Source: Macrostomum lignano
Taxonomy: Eukaryota
DNA length: 64,000 nucleotides
Assembly (NCBI GenBank): GCA_002269645.1
Contig: NIVC01001335.1
Location: 62,001 to 126,000 of the forward strand
Direction of reading: 5' to 3'
Shown here: positions 16,135 to 28,211 of the stretch, piece after piece
How the letters are laid out: each line of letters starts with the position of its first letter
Numbering within the stretch: the first letter of the stretch is position 1
Program-made: the position numbers and the translations under genes
Notes under the pieces: model-generated
Told to the model about the DNA's origin: nothing
The model's input: only the letters and a program-made list of their open reading frames with translations
The model's database searches: none

Positions 16135-16530
16135 GGAGGGTGAGACAGGGAGAGGGAGAGGGGAGAGGGGGAGAGAGAGTGGAGAGAGAAAGGAGGGGAG
16201 AGAGGAGAGGGAGGGAGAGGGGAGAGGGAGAGAGAGGAGACGGGAAAGGGAGAGAGAGGAGACGGGAAAGGGAGAGAGAGGAGACGGGAAAGGGAGAGAG
16301 AGGAGACGGGAAAGGGAGAGAGAGGAGACGGGAAAGGGAGAGAGAGGAGACGGGAAAGGGAGAGAGAGGAGACGGGAAAGGGAGAGAGAGGAGACGGGAG
16401 GGAGAGGAGAGAGGGGGAGAGGGGAGAATGAGAGGGGAGAGAGGAGACGGGAAAGGGAGAGAGAGGAGACGGGAGGGAGAGGAGAGAGAGGGGGAGAGGG
16501 GAGAATGAGAGGGGAGAGAGAGACGGATAG
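16135..16530. repeat. Purine-rich GA repeat with a 22-bp unit (GGAGAGAGAGGAGACGGGAAAG)
   Basis: Visible. Confidence 0.9.
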
Positions 16531-17049
16531 TGGAGGTAGTGGGAGAGAGAAGGGTAAAGCAGGGAGATAGATGCAGGGATGCAGGGAGGGGAGAGAAAAG
16601 GCGATAAAAGCAAGCGGCAGTTGACAGGGCAGAAAACTAAAAGAGTACTGAGGGTGAGAGGTAGGTGGAGAGACGCAGAGATAAGGAAGAAGGCAGCTCA
16701 GCAGCCACCCAGATCGGCTTCCTTATCAGCCAGCGGCTCCGCATCCGCCGCGGCCCAGAGGCCGACCTGCCTGATCCCCACAATCAATAAAATTGCATGG
16801 CGACAGCAGCGAAGGCGGCCGGCCATCCATCAGCAGGCGCAGCTGCCAGTCACGCAAACAAGCCGACCTGCGCGAGTTCGTGACAGCCGCAGCGGCCAGA
16901 GTTATTTTATGACCGTTTCCTTCAGGTAGCCGGAGCCATGGATGATGGCGGCTTGCCAGCATCCGGGGATCAGCTAGTTGTGGGGTTCGGAATACGCTCG
17001 TAACTACGTGTATTTTACTGTGGGATTAACAGTATACTCGATAACTGTA

Positions 17050-17185
17050 TGATTAAACTCTGCTCCTGAGCACACAAGCGCGCCAGTACTGTGGGCAGAC
17101 ACCACTCGTACACATGCTCACACGGGTGTACAGAGGCCCTGACTCTCTAATCGTCAGGCATGTACCGTCTCTGTGCATCGGTACG
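17050..17185 (-). mobile_element. Headless fragment of the same SINE family
   Basis: GACTCTCTAATCGTCAGGCATGTAC at about 17141-17165, with flanks aligning by eye to 33960-34075 and 12262-12310. Confidence 0.6.
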
Positions 17186-17255
17186 ACAGCCCAGTGGCCA
17201 GTTTCCAGGGACAGCAGGCGCGAGAGTCAGACAGATGCGTTCACCAGCTGAGACG

Positions 17256-17375
17256 CTCTCTGCCAATGCAGGGCTGTCTCGCAAAATCGGTGTCCAGAGA
17301 ATGCAGTCGGCTCTCTGCCAATACAGGGCTGTCTCGCAAAATCGGTGTCCAGAGAATGCAGTCGGCTCTCTGCCA
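17256..17375. repeat. 55-bp tandem duplication (about 2.2 copies)
   Basis: CTCTCTGCCAATGCAGGGCTGTCTCGCAAAATCGGTGTCCAGAGAATGCAGTCGG occurs twice. Confidence 0.9.
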
Positions 17376-17616
17376 GACAGAAAGACGAGCAGCGGAATTC
17401 AGAAAATGGCTTCCGTCTGTCAGAATCAATTCCTTCTGCCTAAAATAACTTTTTTCTCTTTTATTTCGGACTTTCAGTATCAAGGCTGCAATGTTTGTCT
17501 TCTGTTTTGGGGCAGAAATTTCTAAATGGTTTGCTCCCAACTGGACTTTAAAGGCGCATGACGAAGCGAAGAGACAATGATGTGAAACATTAAATAATGC
17601 CAAGATGGGAGAAGTA

Positions 17617-18228
17617 TGGCGCCAGTTCTACATTGGATCTGTAGCGGTGGCGCCAGTTCTACATTTGATATGGAGTGGCGGCGCCAGTTCTACATTTGGT
17701 ATGGAGTGGCGGCGCCAGTTCTGCATTTGGTATGGAGTGGCGGCGCCAGTTCTACATTTGATATGGAGTGGCGGCGCCAGTTCTACATTTGATCTGGAGT
17801 GGTGGCGCCAGTTCTAAATTTGATAATGGAGTGGTGGCGCCAGTTCTACATTTGATAATGGAGTGGTGGCGCCAGTTCTACATTTGATAATGGAGTGGTG
17901 GCGCCAGTTCTACATTTGATACGGAGTGGTGGCGCCAGTTCTAAATTTGATATGGAGCGGTGGCGCCAGTTCTACATTTGATATGGAGTGGTGGCGCCAG
18001 TTCTACATTTGATAATGGAGTGGTGGCGCCAGTTCTACATTTGATCTGGAGTGGTGGCGCCAGTTCTACATTTGATCTGGAGCGGTGGCGCCAGTTCTAC
18101 ATTTGATCTGGAGTGGCGGCGCCAGTTCTACATTTGATCTGGAGTGGTGGCGCCAGTTCTACATTTGATCTGGAGTGGTGGCGCCAGTTCTACATTTGAT
18201 ATGGAATGGTGGCGCCAGTTCTACATTA
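17617..18228. repeat. 31-32-bp minisatellite (GCGCCAGTTCTACATTTGATATGGAGTGGTG)
   Basis: Visible periodicity, about 19 copies. Confidence 0.96.
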
Positions 18229-18981
18229 AATGAAGGCTGGCTGTAGCCCTTAAAACATTTCATCAGTGCCAGTGTCAGTCTGTCGTCATGAGGAGTTGCG
18301 GTCGCCAGCCGCAGCCCAGCCTGAGCCAACCGCACGGCATCGCGAAATTCAGTAGGCTGAAAAGTGACGGGCGCGGGGGGCGGACAGGCCCTGATGAGAC
18401 GCCAGTCTGCATCCATCCATCAGCCATCAAAAAGCCATTAGGCCGCGGTCGCTGTCTCCGCGACTGTGTCTGGCGATTTTGTCCCAATAAGGATCCGTTT
18501 GATGGTGTCCGGGCAGTCAGCTCTAGCGGGATTCCGGCCCTCCGTTCCTATCCAGTCATGAGGACTCGACTGTCTTTTGGGCTGCATTATGACACAATAA
18601 AAATACTGAAGAAGATGATTAAACGATTTATTATTCATATTTGGGCGGTCGCACGGGTTCCAACAATGGAGTTTCAAAAGTGCATGAACCCGGATATGTG
18701 TGAACTCTACTGGAGACTGACGAGCAGCAAAAAATTCAAACAGAACTATCGCAAATGCCTAATTTCCTCCTAAGCAACTGTTTAAAGATAATTGTCTGTG
18801 GCCAAACCCCGTTTGATGCAAAAAAATCCATGAAAAATCTGTATAATACTAATTAATAAATTGAGCCTTTCAAATTTTAAGCATAGGAGCCTGAACCAAT
18901 GATGATACTGCATGTATCATTTTTTGGCTTGATACGTCTCAAGATGTGACAAAGTGATAAATTCGGTTCGACATCTTTCTT

Positions 18982-19186
<205 letters not shown>

Positions 19187-19389
19187 GCAGCATCACTTGC
19201 ACAGAGGAAGACCCCAGTCTCAAAGCATTCAGCCGCCTTAGCCTGTGAGATTCACAGCTGTCTATGGCAGCACAGCCAGCAGTTAAGGAAGTAGATTTGA
19301 AAATTCCCAGCTAAAAGCTCTCTGCCCGAGGCAAGCTAATCTCGCATGCTTGATTCGTAGCGCAGTGCCACGCGGTCTCAGCCAGCCGG

Positions 19390-19731
19390 ATGGAGCCGCA
19401 ACGGCGGGAGCTCATCCTGCTGCGCCCGATGTACATGGAGGCGGAGTTCCGAGCCGATGACGATGTTGCCTATGGCTTCTACAAGACATTGTCTGACGCG
19501 CTGGTGCTGAACATGCCGTGCCTGCGCTGCTACCCGCTGCACCTGGAGAAGGTGCACTGCCGGGAGGACCGGCTGGTGCTGCGGCTGGGCCCGGAGACTA
19601 TCAAGATTGACCTGGTTGCTATGCGGATTAGCAAAAAGTTTATGCCGGATGTGGAGCGAGTGTTTGAGCGGCTTCAAGAGGCCCACGACGAGCTCGTGAT
19701 GAGTCTGGGAGCTTTGAAGCTGCCGGAGTGA
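19390..19731 (+). CDS. Putative coding exon / small protein of unknown function (113 aa from ATG; may extend upstream by splicing)
   Basis: Non-repetitive ORF with strong GC3 codon bias like the known genes here. Acceptor TCTCAG at 19381, donor GTGAGT at 19745 just after the stop, candidate 3' exon after TGTCAG (20407) with AATAAA near 20455. Family not recognised. Confidence 0.62.
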   Translation: MEPQRRELILLRPMYMEAEFRADDDVAYGFYKTLSDALVLNMPCLRCYPLHLEKVHCREDRLVLRLGPETIKIDLVAMRISKKFMPDVERVFERLQEAHDELVMSLGALKLPE

Positions 19732-19744
19732 CTGTTGGGCGCTG

Positions 19745-20385
19745 GTGAGTGTTGATGGAGTGACTGATGCATGTTGATGGAGTGACTGATGAGTGTTGTT
19801 GGAGTGACTGATGCGTGTTGATGGAGTGACTGATGGGTGTTGATAGAGTGACTGATGAGTGTTGATGGAGTGATTGATGGGTGTTGATAGAGTGACTGAT
19901 GAGTGTTGATGGAGTGACTAGTGCCCAGTGGTGCGTGTTGATGGAGTGACTGATGCGTGTTGATGGAGTGACTGATGGGTGTTGATAGAGTGACTGATGA
20001 GTGTTGATGTAGTGACTTATGGGTGTTGATGGAGTGACTGATGGGTATTGATGGAGTGACTGATGGTTGTTGATGGAGTGACTGATGGGTGTTGATGGAG
20101 TGACTGATGGGTATTGATGGAGTGACTGATGGTTGTTGATGGAGTGACTGATGGGTGTTGATGGAGTGACTGATAAGTGTTGACGGAGTGACTGATGGGT
20201 GTTGATGGAATGACTGATGGTTGTTGATGGAGTGACTGATGGGTGTTGATGGAGTGACTGATGGGTGTTGATGGAGTGACTGATGGGTGTTGATGGAGTG
20301 ACTGAAGGGTGTTGATGGAGTGACTGATGGATGCTGATGGAGTGACTGATGGGTGTTGATGGAGTGACTGATGAGTGTTGATAGT
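19745..20385. repeat. 22-bp minisatellite (GTGTTGATGGAGTGACTGATGG) filling the putative intron
   Basis: Visible periodicity beginning at the GTGAGT donor. Confidence 0.96.
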
Positions 20386-20611
20386 GACCTCAGCGTCACA
20401 TTGTCAGAAAATTTCCGAAGCAATTTCTCAGTTTTACCATAATTTGACTTAATAATAAATGTGTTATTTGTTTCCACCTGACGCAGTGCGCCGCAGGCTT
20501 ATAAACTTGTAAATCATTGTTTGAATATTATAGTTATGATGATCAGCAAATGTGACGAATTGAAATTGCATTCATTTCTTGACTTAAACACAGCTCGTGT
20601 CTGAGTAAGTG

Positions 20612-21705
20612 GGCAGTGGGTCACAGGGATGCTTTTGGGTGGGCAGTGAGTGGTGGTCAGTGAGTCACAGGGATGCTGTTGGGTGGGCAGAGAGTCACAG
20701 GGATGCTGTTGGGTGGGCAGTGGGTCATCACAGGGATACTGTTGGGTGGGCAGTGGGTCATCACAGGGATGCTGTTGGGTGGGCAGTGGGTCATCACAGG
20801 GATGCTGTTGGGTGGGCAGTGGGTCATCACAGGGATGCTGTTGGGTGGGCAGAGAGTCACAGGGATGCTGTTGGGTGGGCAGTGGGTCATCACAGGGATA
20901 CTGTTGGGTGGGCAGTGGGTCACAGGGATGCTGTTGGGTGGGCAGTGGGTCATCACAGGGATGCTGTTGGGTGGGCAGAGAGTCACAGGGATGCTGTTGG
21001 GTGGGCAGTGGGTCATCACAGGGATACTGTTGGGTGGGCAGTGGGTCATCACAGGGATGCTGTTGGGTGGGCAGTGGGTCATCACAGGGATGCTGTTGGG
21101 TGGGCAGTGGGTCATCACAGGGATGCTGTTGGGTGGGCAGTGGGTCATCACTGGGATACTGCTGGATGGGCAGTGGGTCATCACAGGGATACTGTTGGGT
21201 GGGCAGAGAGTCACAGGGATGCTGTTGGGTGGGCAGTGGGTCATCACAGGGATACTGTTGGGTGGGCAGTGGGTCATCACAGGGATGCTGTTGGGTGGGC
21301 AGAGAGTCACAGGGATGCTGTTGGGTGGGCAGTGGGTCATCACAGGGATGCTGTTGGGTGGGCAGTGGGTCATCACAGGGATGCTGTTGGGTGGGCAGTG
21401 GGTCATCACAGGGATGCTGTTGGGTGGGCAGAGAGTCACAGGGATGCTGTTGGGTGGGCAGTGGGTCATCACAGGGATACTGTTGGGTGGGCAGTGGGTC
21501 ATCACAGGGATGCTGTTGGGTGGGCAGTGGGTCATCACAGGGATGCTGTTGGGTGGGCAGTGGGTCATCACAGGGATGCTGTTGGGTGGGCAGTGGGTCA
21601 TCACTGGGATACTGCTGGATGGGCAGTGGGTCATCACTGGGATGCTATTGAGTGGGCAGTGGGTCATCACTGGGATGCTGTTGGGTCGGCAGTGGGTCAT
21701 CACAG
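20612..21705. repeat. 33-bp minisatellite (CACAGGGATGCTGTTGGGTGGGCAGTGGGTCAT) with 30-bp variants
   Basis: Visible periodicity; the rare variant CTGGGATACTGCTGGATGGG recurs at 21151 and 21604 (block duplication). Confidence 0.97.
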
Positions 21706-22484
21706 GTTTTATTATTCAAGTGATGAGGAGTTTGTGAGCGAGTTCCCAGATAAACGCATGCATTATGCGGTAGAATACTTCGGAGTATTTTGAAGGCAGT
21801 GCAGCCTCCTCGGTCGCCACAGCAATGAAAAAATAGAAAATGCCGCAGTAAAGGCCTCCGCCATAATAAATTAATTCAAATAGCCTAAGATTTTCAATTA
21901 TCAATTAATTAGATATATATTTAAGGGTCTGAGAAGATTCGTGTGCAAACTGTAAATTCCCATTCACTGCGATAGAACCGCACTCTACAATAATCGATGG
22001 TTGAAGCGACCACAATGGTGTTGTAAAAAAGCTCAACTGACTCAACTGCCGGAATATTTGAACAGTATAATTTTGGCATTAAAACCAGGTGCATGGAACA
22101 CTGAATCGGGAATAGATAGTTAATAATAGTGAAATTCTAGCTAAATTAAAACAGATAAAAGCTGGAGAAAACACACGCACAACAGACTACTAGGGTTGTC
22201 TACAGTTGTAAGTAGCTAAGTAAGAGTTTTACTAGTTGAGGAAAATGTTGGGAGGTCTGTATAAAATTTAAGTTTGTTAAAGATGGATGCTTGCTACTTA
22301 GTTAAGGGCGTTATTTTTAATTAATAATTAACTAATAGGCGGATTTTTAACTGTTTTCTTTAAATTCGTTTTGTTTACTCAACGAGATGACAAATTGGCT
22401 GGCCAAATCCCCGGGGGAACAAGCGAACCTGTCAGTCAATCAATTAGTAGGTTGGAGCTTTTTAATCAGTTGATTCCAGGCGGT

Positions 22485-22651
22485 TTAACTGGCCTGCTTG
22501 GCCTCCAGCTTCAGCCGCAGGCTCTCCGGCATGGTTGGCGGCGGCGGGCGCGGCAGCCGCAGCACCACCTTCACGGTGTCGTAGATGAACCACTGCAGGG
22601 CCGTCAGGGTGCCGATCATGATGATACGGGCGCCCAAGCCCTTCCACATGG
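22485..22651 (-). CDS. SLC25A3: Mitochondrial phosphate carrier, exon 3 (terminal)
   Basis: Acceptor CCGCAG at 22652; (A)MWKGLGARIIMIGTLTALQWFIYDTVKVVLRLPRPPPPTMPESLRLKLEAKQAS*, the characteristic PiC C-terminus; TAA at 22487-22485. Confidence 0.95.
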
Positions 22652-22704
22652 CTGCGGGTGTGCGGGGGCGTCTTGCGAGTTCATTCGAGCTCTGGACTCC
22701 TGAC

Positions 22705-23070
22705 TGTTGACCTCAGCTGACCCCTACGATTCCCTTGTATTTCTAATGACCTCGGCTGCCTCCCTTGCACTTTTAATGACCTTAACTGACCCCCTCAGAT
22801 CACTTTGTACTTCTAATGACCTCGGCTGACCCCTTTGCACTTCTAATGACCTTGGCTGACCAATTTGCACTTATAATGACCTTGGCTAACTTATTTGTAC
22901 TTCTATTGACCTTGGCTAACTTATTTGTACTTCTATTGACCTCAGCTGACCCCTTTGTACTTTTAATGACATTGGCTGACCCTGTCTAACCCCTATGTAT
23001 TTATTTTGACTTCGGTTAACCTCTTTGTAGTTTTTTTTACCTCGGCTGACCTCTTTGCACTTCTAGTTGA
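22705..23070. repeat. Degenerate ~30-bp array (GACCTCGGCTGACCCCTTTGCACTTCTAAT) in PiC intron 2
   Basis: About 12 diverged units next to the exon 3 acceptor. Confidence 0.85.
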
Positions 23071-23807
23071 CACCTAATAGCCTAATCTGACTATCATAGA
23101 AATCATAATATCCTCATCTAGCCCTGTAGGAACACTGATGGGCACATGACACATCGCACCCAACCCCAATGCGATTTCTTGACCTGCTGGCCAAGACTCG
23201 CAAATCTCCTAGCCGAGCTCAACGAGGACACGCTAAAAGGACACTCAGATAAGCGGCATTTTTATGACGGTAACTCTTCTAACAACCAGGAGAGCTGCAT
23301 AGAGAGAAACTTTGACCCACGCTTTGAAGAACTTTCAGCTGCATAGCAAAGCTACTAAGACTGGAACAGACACGCGCAACCGGCGTGGCTGCGTGCGCGC
23401 ATTCGCGGAGAGGAAAGTTTGAATAGGCAGACAAGAGGCGGGCTGAAGCCACCCACCCCAAGTGTCCAAACTGTACACTGGGCAGGCAGTACACGTGGAA
23501 AGAAAAGTGTGCGATAAGGTCACACAGCAGAAGCTGGAAGACACGTATTGGAGTATTTTTTTCTTAAGCCTAGTTAATTACAGGTAAGTCCTTTCTGACA
23601 GACAGACTGAGCTTCTCTTCGCTCGAATGTTTGCTGGTCGGCTGCTTTTTAAGTACTGCTCTACTTTTGGTAAACGGCAGGAGTAACTATCACTGAAATT
23701 CGTATTGAAAATGACTCGGCATGTAATGAGCATTACGTATTCTTTTTGAAATTTACAATGGATGAATAAATTAAATTATCTGATGGAATTTCTCACTTGT
23801 CTAATAT

Positions 23808-23980
23808 CAGGGAATGGGGGAATTTGAAATATGGGGAATTTCTCACTTGCTGACAATGGGGGAAATTTCTCACTTGCTGAAAATGGGGGGAATTTCTCAC
23901 TTGCTGACAGGGGGGATTTCTCCCTTGCTGAAAATGGGGGGAATTTCTCACTTGCTGAAAATGGGGGGAATTTCTCATCC
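23808..23980. repeat. ~27-bp array (GGAATTTCTCACTTGCTGAAAATGGGG) in PiC intron 2
   Basis: About 6 units visible. Confidence 0.88.
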
Positions 23981-24082
23981 GTTGAAATGTTAAGAAAGAG
24001 AATTTCTGGCAAACTGAAGCAGACGGACTACTGACTAATTAGTTATTAAACTGCTAACAAACAAATTCGCATCCGGGCTCAC

Positions 24083-24686
24083 CCTTCCAGCCCAGAGCCT
24101 TGGCCACGCCAACCAGACCAGCCTCGGGCATCTGGTTGAGCTTGGACACCATGGTGTCGGCGGGGTGGGACACGATGGCGCAGAACACGCCGGCAATGTA
24201 GCCGGCAACAAAGGTCACAGTCAGCTGCTCGGCTTTGTTGCACTGGTCTCGCGGCTTGGGCACAACGTACTTGTACAGGGCTTCGACTGTGCGCTCGAAG
24301 CAGGCGAACTTCATCATGGTGTAGGGAATCTGACGACCCCACAGCGGCGGCAGGCCCTTATAAAAGGTCGTGGCGCCCTCGGCGGCCAGCATCTTGGGGA
24401 AGGCCTCGCGCAGGTTTTTGGCGTACCCGCTCGAGGTCTGGATGCGCACCTTGGTGGCCTCCATCGGGGCTAGCAGCATGTCGGCGAAGAACTCGGCGCT
24501 GGCGCTGGCGGCCAGGTACAGCGAGGTGCGGTACAGGAAGGCGTTCTCCTCACCCATCATGTTGCCGTACATGTTCTTGAACACTTCGTAGAAGCCGAAC
24601 TTGCCGAGGCCCTGCAGGCTGTAGCCGATCAGGGTTGGCGCCCAGCCTTTGGCCAGACCGCGGACTCCGTCTTCGGCCAGGGTCAC
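24083..24686 (-). CDS. SLC25A3: Mitochondrial phosphate carrier, exon 2
   Basis: VTLAEDGVRGLAKGWAPTLIGYSLQGLGKFGFYE...PMEATKVRIQ...PADTMVSKLN (carrier motifs Px[DE]xx[KR]); acceptor CCCCAG at 24687, donor GTGAGC at 24082. Confidence 0.96.
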
Positions 24687-24787
24687 CTGGGGGGTCAGGC
24701 GGGGTCAATCAACTATTATGTGATATGGAATGGATGAGCTGAGGGTGACGGCAGTGCAAAGTTATGGAGGGAGACTTGATGTCATCA

Positions 24788-26135
24788 CTAGAAGGGAATG
24801 GCAGGGTCATGGAGTGGGGAATTGCAGAGTCATGGAGTGGGGAATTGCAGAGTCATGGAGTGAGGAATCGAAGGGTCATGGAGTGGGGAATCGAAGGGTC
24901 ATGGAGTGGGGAATTGCAGAGTCATGGAGTGGGGAATCGAAGGGTCATGGAGTGGGGAATCTAAGGGTCATGGAGTGGGGAATCGAAGGGTCATGGAGTG
25001 GGGAATCGAAGGGTCATGGAGTGGGGAATCGAAGGGTCATGGAGTGGGGAATCGAAGGGTCATGGAGTGGGGAATCGAAGGGTCATGGAGTGGGGAATCG
25101 AAGGGTCATGGAGTGGGGAATCGAAGGGTCATGGAGTGGGGAATCGAATGGTCATGGAGTGGGGAATGACAGGGTCATGGAGTGGGGAATCGAATGGTCA
25201 TGGAGTGGGGAATGACAGGGTCATGGAGTGGGGAATGACAGGGTCATGGAGTGGGGAATGACAGGGTCATGGAGTGGGGAATCGAAGGGTCATGGAGTGG
25301 GGAATCGAAGGGTCATGGAGTGGGGAATCGAAGGGTCATGGAGTGGGGAATCGAATGGTCATGGAGTGGGGAATGACAGGGTCATGGAGTGGGGAATCGA
25401 AGGGTCATGGAGTGGGGAATCGAAGGGTCATGGAGTGGGGAATCGAAGGGTCATGGAGTGGGGAATCGAAGGGTCATGGAGTGGGGAATCGAAGGGTCAT
25501 GGAGTGGGGAATCGAAGGGTCATGGAGTGGGGAATCGAATGGTCATGGAGTGGGGAATCGAAGGGTCATGGAGTGGGGAATCGAATGGTCATGGAGTGGG
25601 GAATGACAGGGTCATGGAGTGGGGAATGACAGGGTCATGGAGTGGGGAATCGAATGGTCATGGAGTGGGGAATGACAGGGTCATGGAGTGGGGAATGACA
25701 GGGTCATGGAGTGGGGAATCGAATGGTCATGGAGTGGGGAATGACAGGGTCATGGATTGGGGAATCGAAGGGTCATGGAGTGGCGAATCACAGGGTCATG
25801 GAGTGGGGAATCGAAGGGTCATGGAGTGGGGAATCGAAGGGTCATGGAGTGGGGAATGACAGGGTCATGGAGTGGGGAATCGAAGGGTCATGGAGTGGGG
25901 AATCGAATGGTCATGGAGTGGGGAATCGAATGGTCATGGAGTGGGGAATCGAATGGTCATGGAGTGGGGAATCGAAGGGTCATGGAGTGGGGAATGACAG
26001 GGTCATAGTGGGGAATGACAGGGTCATGGAGTGGGGAATCGAATGGTCATGGAGTGGGGAATCGAAGGGTCATGGAGTGGGGAATCGAATGGTCATGGAG
26101 TGGGAATGACAGGGTTATAGAGTGGTAAATCGCAG
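24788..26135. repeat. 23-bp minisatellite (GGTCATGGAGTGGGGAATCGAAG) occupying about 90% of PiC intron 1
   Basis: Visible periodicity inside the 1485-bp intron 24687-26171. Confidence 0.97.
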
Positions 26136-26171
26136 GTTCATAAAGAGCTGGGAATGGCAACTCCAGCGTAC

Positions 26172-26432
26172 CTTGAATCCCTTAACGATGCCGGGATATT
26201 TAACCGAGTCGACCTGCATTCTGCACTTGACCAAATCCAGAGGCACAACTGCCGTGTGGGTGAGGCCGCAGCTGAGCACACCGCCGAAGCCGCAGTAGGC
26301 ATAGTAAGTTCCGGAGCCAAACTCGCAGCTATACTGCGACTGCTGGCCACCGGCTGTGGAGGCGCACGAGACGGTGCGACTGTTTGGTGACTCAGCGCTG
26401 GCGCTCTGGGGCTGAAGGAATCGCTTGTACAT
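26172..26432 (-). CDS. SLC25A3: Mitochondrial phosphate carrier, coding exon 1
   Basis: ATG at 26432-26430 (the ORF-track start at 26486 is TTG). MYKRF...SCEFGSGTYYAYCGFGGVLSCGLTHTAVVPLDLVKCRMQVD...GFK; donor GTACGC at 26171. The three exons join in frame: 261+604+167 = 1032 nt. Confidence 0.94.
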
Positions 26433-27899
26433 CTTCTCACGGTGGAATCTGGGGCTGCAGCGGCACAATGGGTGACTATTGAGCAATTTATATATGAAGT
26501 ATTGGAATAGATACTCGTATGCCCTGACTCTTTATCTTAATCCTACCACAATATGGGCATAGCATTGAAAATCTTCATTCATCTTCATCTTCATCCAGCA
26601 ACATTCATTTATACACACATGTAAGTCACTATTGGACAGAATAGTAGTCACGTGACTGCTCTTAGCCAATAGCGACTTACATGTGTGTTGCTGGGTGATG
26701 GCTGGGTGATTCCTAAGGATGTGCATGTATGTCTGTATTCATATACTTTGTCTTAAAACCTCCATATCTGTAACTTTCTGTAGCCATATTTATAGCTACA
26801 GCAGAAATCTAGATTTGATAATATATATAATTACTGAATTTTTATATAACTGACATCTAGATAGGCCAAATGTCTATAGCTACATATAGCTGTTCAGTCC
26901 AAGGACTGGAGGGGGGGGGGTTATCATACACCCTCAATTACCCTAGCTAATACTAGCATCAATTTTTACAGCCAGATAAACTGAAGCAATGCTTGAAGTT
27001 AAATGTCTTGCTGAAAGATACAAATTGTTTTAAGTGGGTTAAGACTTGACCTCCCAACTTTCTTTAGTCTAATACTAACTACAATCCTCTTATAAAAACA
27101 ATAGCTTAAATACTAGACAAAATACAGGTTCTATTTTACTCTTTATCAACATGTAAACATGGCATATTAACTTTGATATTAGATTAAATAATTAATTTTA
27201 GTCAAGAATTCTGCTTTATTTTGTCTATTAATTTCTTTAGGTAGACTAATAGAGCTCTTACTCTATAAAAAACAATATATAATATATAGAGTAATAAACT
27301 ATATAAAAGCTAAGCTTATATTAGGGCCAACTTTGTAAAGCTATAGATATGCTGTCTTACTAATTATGAAATGACTGTCTTAATATCTAATTACTGCTAT
27401 ACAAATATCTATATAGCTTTTCTATTTCTAAATGCAATTCTAGTATACTATAATCTCATAGAGGCCCTTTTTGGTAAAAAATCCTATACACACAATCCTA
27501 TACTATTTCTACCAACATATAGCTATATAGTTAGTGTGAACAATAGTGCTCTACCAACATTACAGTTATAGTTATGGTAAATTATGGGAGTAGCACTTTT
27601 GCAGCTATATTTTTATTATGAATTATGGTTAAGGCAATTCTTTTTAGCTTATAGCTACAGTTACAGATTACAGAAAATTTCTAGACTTTCCATAATGGTT
27701 GTCCCTATAGGAAAAAGTTGTAAAAGCGGATGGTGTCCGGCGCACTTTTGAAATTTTTCTAAAGCGCAGCGCGCGCACAGGCGCAGCGCCTGCGTGCGCT
27801 GCCCTTTCTTACTGGCTGCTGCTCTAGCAAATACATATACATGGAAATGGGTATAATACCTCTGTTGAAGGGGCTTATACACTCGTAATTTATTAAGCT

Positions 27900-28211
27900 T
27901 AGAGATGTTCTGAAAATTCAATTTCAATTTTCCAAAATTTGAAATTTTTTAGAGCGAATTTCAATTTCGAAATAAAATTTAGAAGTGAAAATTTTGGTAG
28001 TGTCTAAAAAGTCGCTAAAAATAAACTACTTTCTACTACATATACATGTATTTCTTTTTGCTTAAGCAGTAAATTGAAAGTAAAAAAGTGAGTGTTGATC
28101 ATACTAAACTTTGTTTTTCTGAATTATGATTTCGGGAAATTTCAATTTTGATTTTGGAAAGTTAGCGAATTTTGATTTCGACGAAACTGCAGATCTTTCG
28201 GAACATCTCTA
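27900..28211. mobile_element. 312-bp MITE with 16-bp TIRs (TAGAGATGTTC[T/C]GAAA), hAT-like termini
   Basis: TIRs at 27900-27915 and 28196-28211 match 15/16. The 8-bp flanks ATTAAGCT and ATAATCCT match only 5/8, so the TSD is unproven. Confidence 0.65.

Noticed and set aside
19729-19744. Selenocysteine readthrough of the TGA before the donor
   Set aside because: No CxxU-type motif and no convincing SECIS before the candidate polyA signal; a 3'UTR intron is the simpler reading.
21706-21793. Exon-like GFYYSSDEEFVSEFPDKRMHYAVEYFGVF* after the 33-bp array
   Set aside because: The AG is just the end of a repeat unit, there is no polypyrimidine tract, and the phase does not join the upstream ORF.
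26433-26486. N-terminal extension of PiC shown in the ORF track
   Set aside because: It starts at TTG; the first ATG is at 26432 and acceptor-like CAG sites lie just upstream.
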